Below, piece after piece: positions 63,356 through 64,000 of a stretch of DNA of 64,000 nucleotides (positions are counted from its first letter, which is position 1; the number at the start of each line of letters is the position of its first letter). The DNA comes from Octopus bimaculoides. Its lineage: Eukaryota. The position numbers and the translations under genes were made by a program. The stretch is taken from assembly GCF_001194135.2 (NCBI RefSeq), contig NC_068982.1, positions 61,144,319 through 61,208,318 of the forward strand, written 5' to 3'. The notes under the pieces are model-generated. The model was not told the DNA's origin. It did no database searches and saw only the letters and a program-made list of their open reading frames with translations.

Positions 63356-63617
63356 TTAACACTTTAGCATTGAAACCAACCATATCCGGCCCAAATATTC
63401 TATTTAATTTATGCGCAGACCAGCTAGACTTGGCATCTCACATCTTCTTTACAATGTCATTCTAAACATATGCAATTACATCATTGAAATCTCAAAACTA
63501 TGAGATAATGCATGATGAATTTAAAACAATGTGAATAAAAAATCATTGCAGTTGAAATGTAATGCTTTAAAAAAGCATTACATAAAAAGGCATTACATCT
63601 GAATGCTAAAGATTTAA
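63356..63617 (-). mobile_element. piggyBac-type MITE
   Basis: TTAA-CACTTTAGCATT...AATGCTAAAGAT-TTAA; reverse complement of 12545. Confidence 0.8.
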
Positions 63618-63765
63618 GAATAGTCTTTCAATATGCTGCTTCCCACTGTACTTTCATTTATGTTGAGCCACTATTTATCAGAAGGTTCTGATGAAAACAC
63701 TTCTCAGTGGCAGCTTTCTACCTAAAAGAACAAGGGTAATGTGTCAGGATGTGAATCTGTTGTTG

Positions 63766-64000
63766 TTGTTGGCACTCTGTCGCTTATGACGTCAAGGGTT
63801 CCAGTTGATCAGATCAACGGAACAGCCTGCTCGTGAAATTAACGTGCAAGTGGCTGAGCACTCCACAGACACGTGTACCCTTAACGTAGTTCTCGGGGAT
63901 ATTCAGTGTGATACAGTGTGACAAGGCTGACCCTTTGAATTACAGGCACAACAGAAACAGGAAGTAAGAGTGAGAGAAAGTTGTGGTGAAAGAGTACAGC
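63766..64000 (-). mobile_element. SINE family B, 3' part (continues past the window end)
   Basis: Reverse complement of about 4978-5204 with an (AAC)n tail. Confidence 0.9.

Overview
AT-rich, repeat-saturated animal genomic DNA from a short-read draft assembly (about ten N-gaps, most of them beside microsatellites). The SINE, LINE and MITE families look like those of a coleoid cephalopod (Octopus-like); this is recognition from memory, not a database result. No host gene, rRNA, true tRNA or CRISPR array can be supported, and most of the ORF track is microsatellite or N-run artefact. The window is probably intronic or intergenic. It holds several tRNA-derived SINE families, decayed RTE-clade LINE pieces and young RTE-type 3' tails, and a 5'-truncated R4/Dong-clade non-LTR element (RT, CCHC knuckle, restriction-like endonuclease). 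It also holds piggyBac-, hAT- and Tc1/mariner-type MITEs and a probable Helitron with internal TTAGGG-like repeats. The most interesting signals are a near-complete minimal hammerhead-ribozyme motif at 60.03-60.10 kb (minus), a perfect 126-bp inverted repeat with a 12-bp TSD and a hammerhead-like core in each arm (38.9-39.3 kb), a second foldback (33.4-33.7 kb), a MITE concatemerised through its inner TIR ends, a head-to-tail SINE chain and a young inverted RTE-tail pair.
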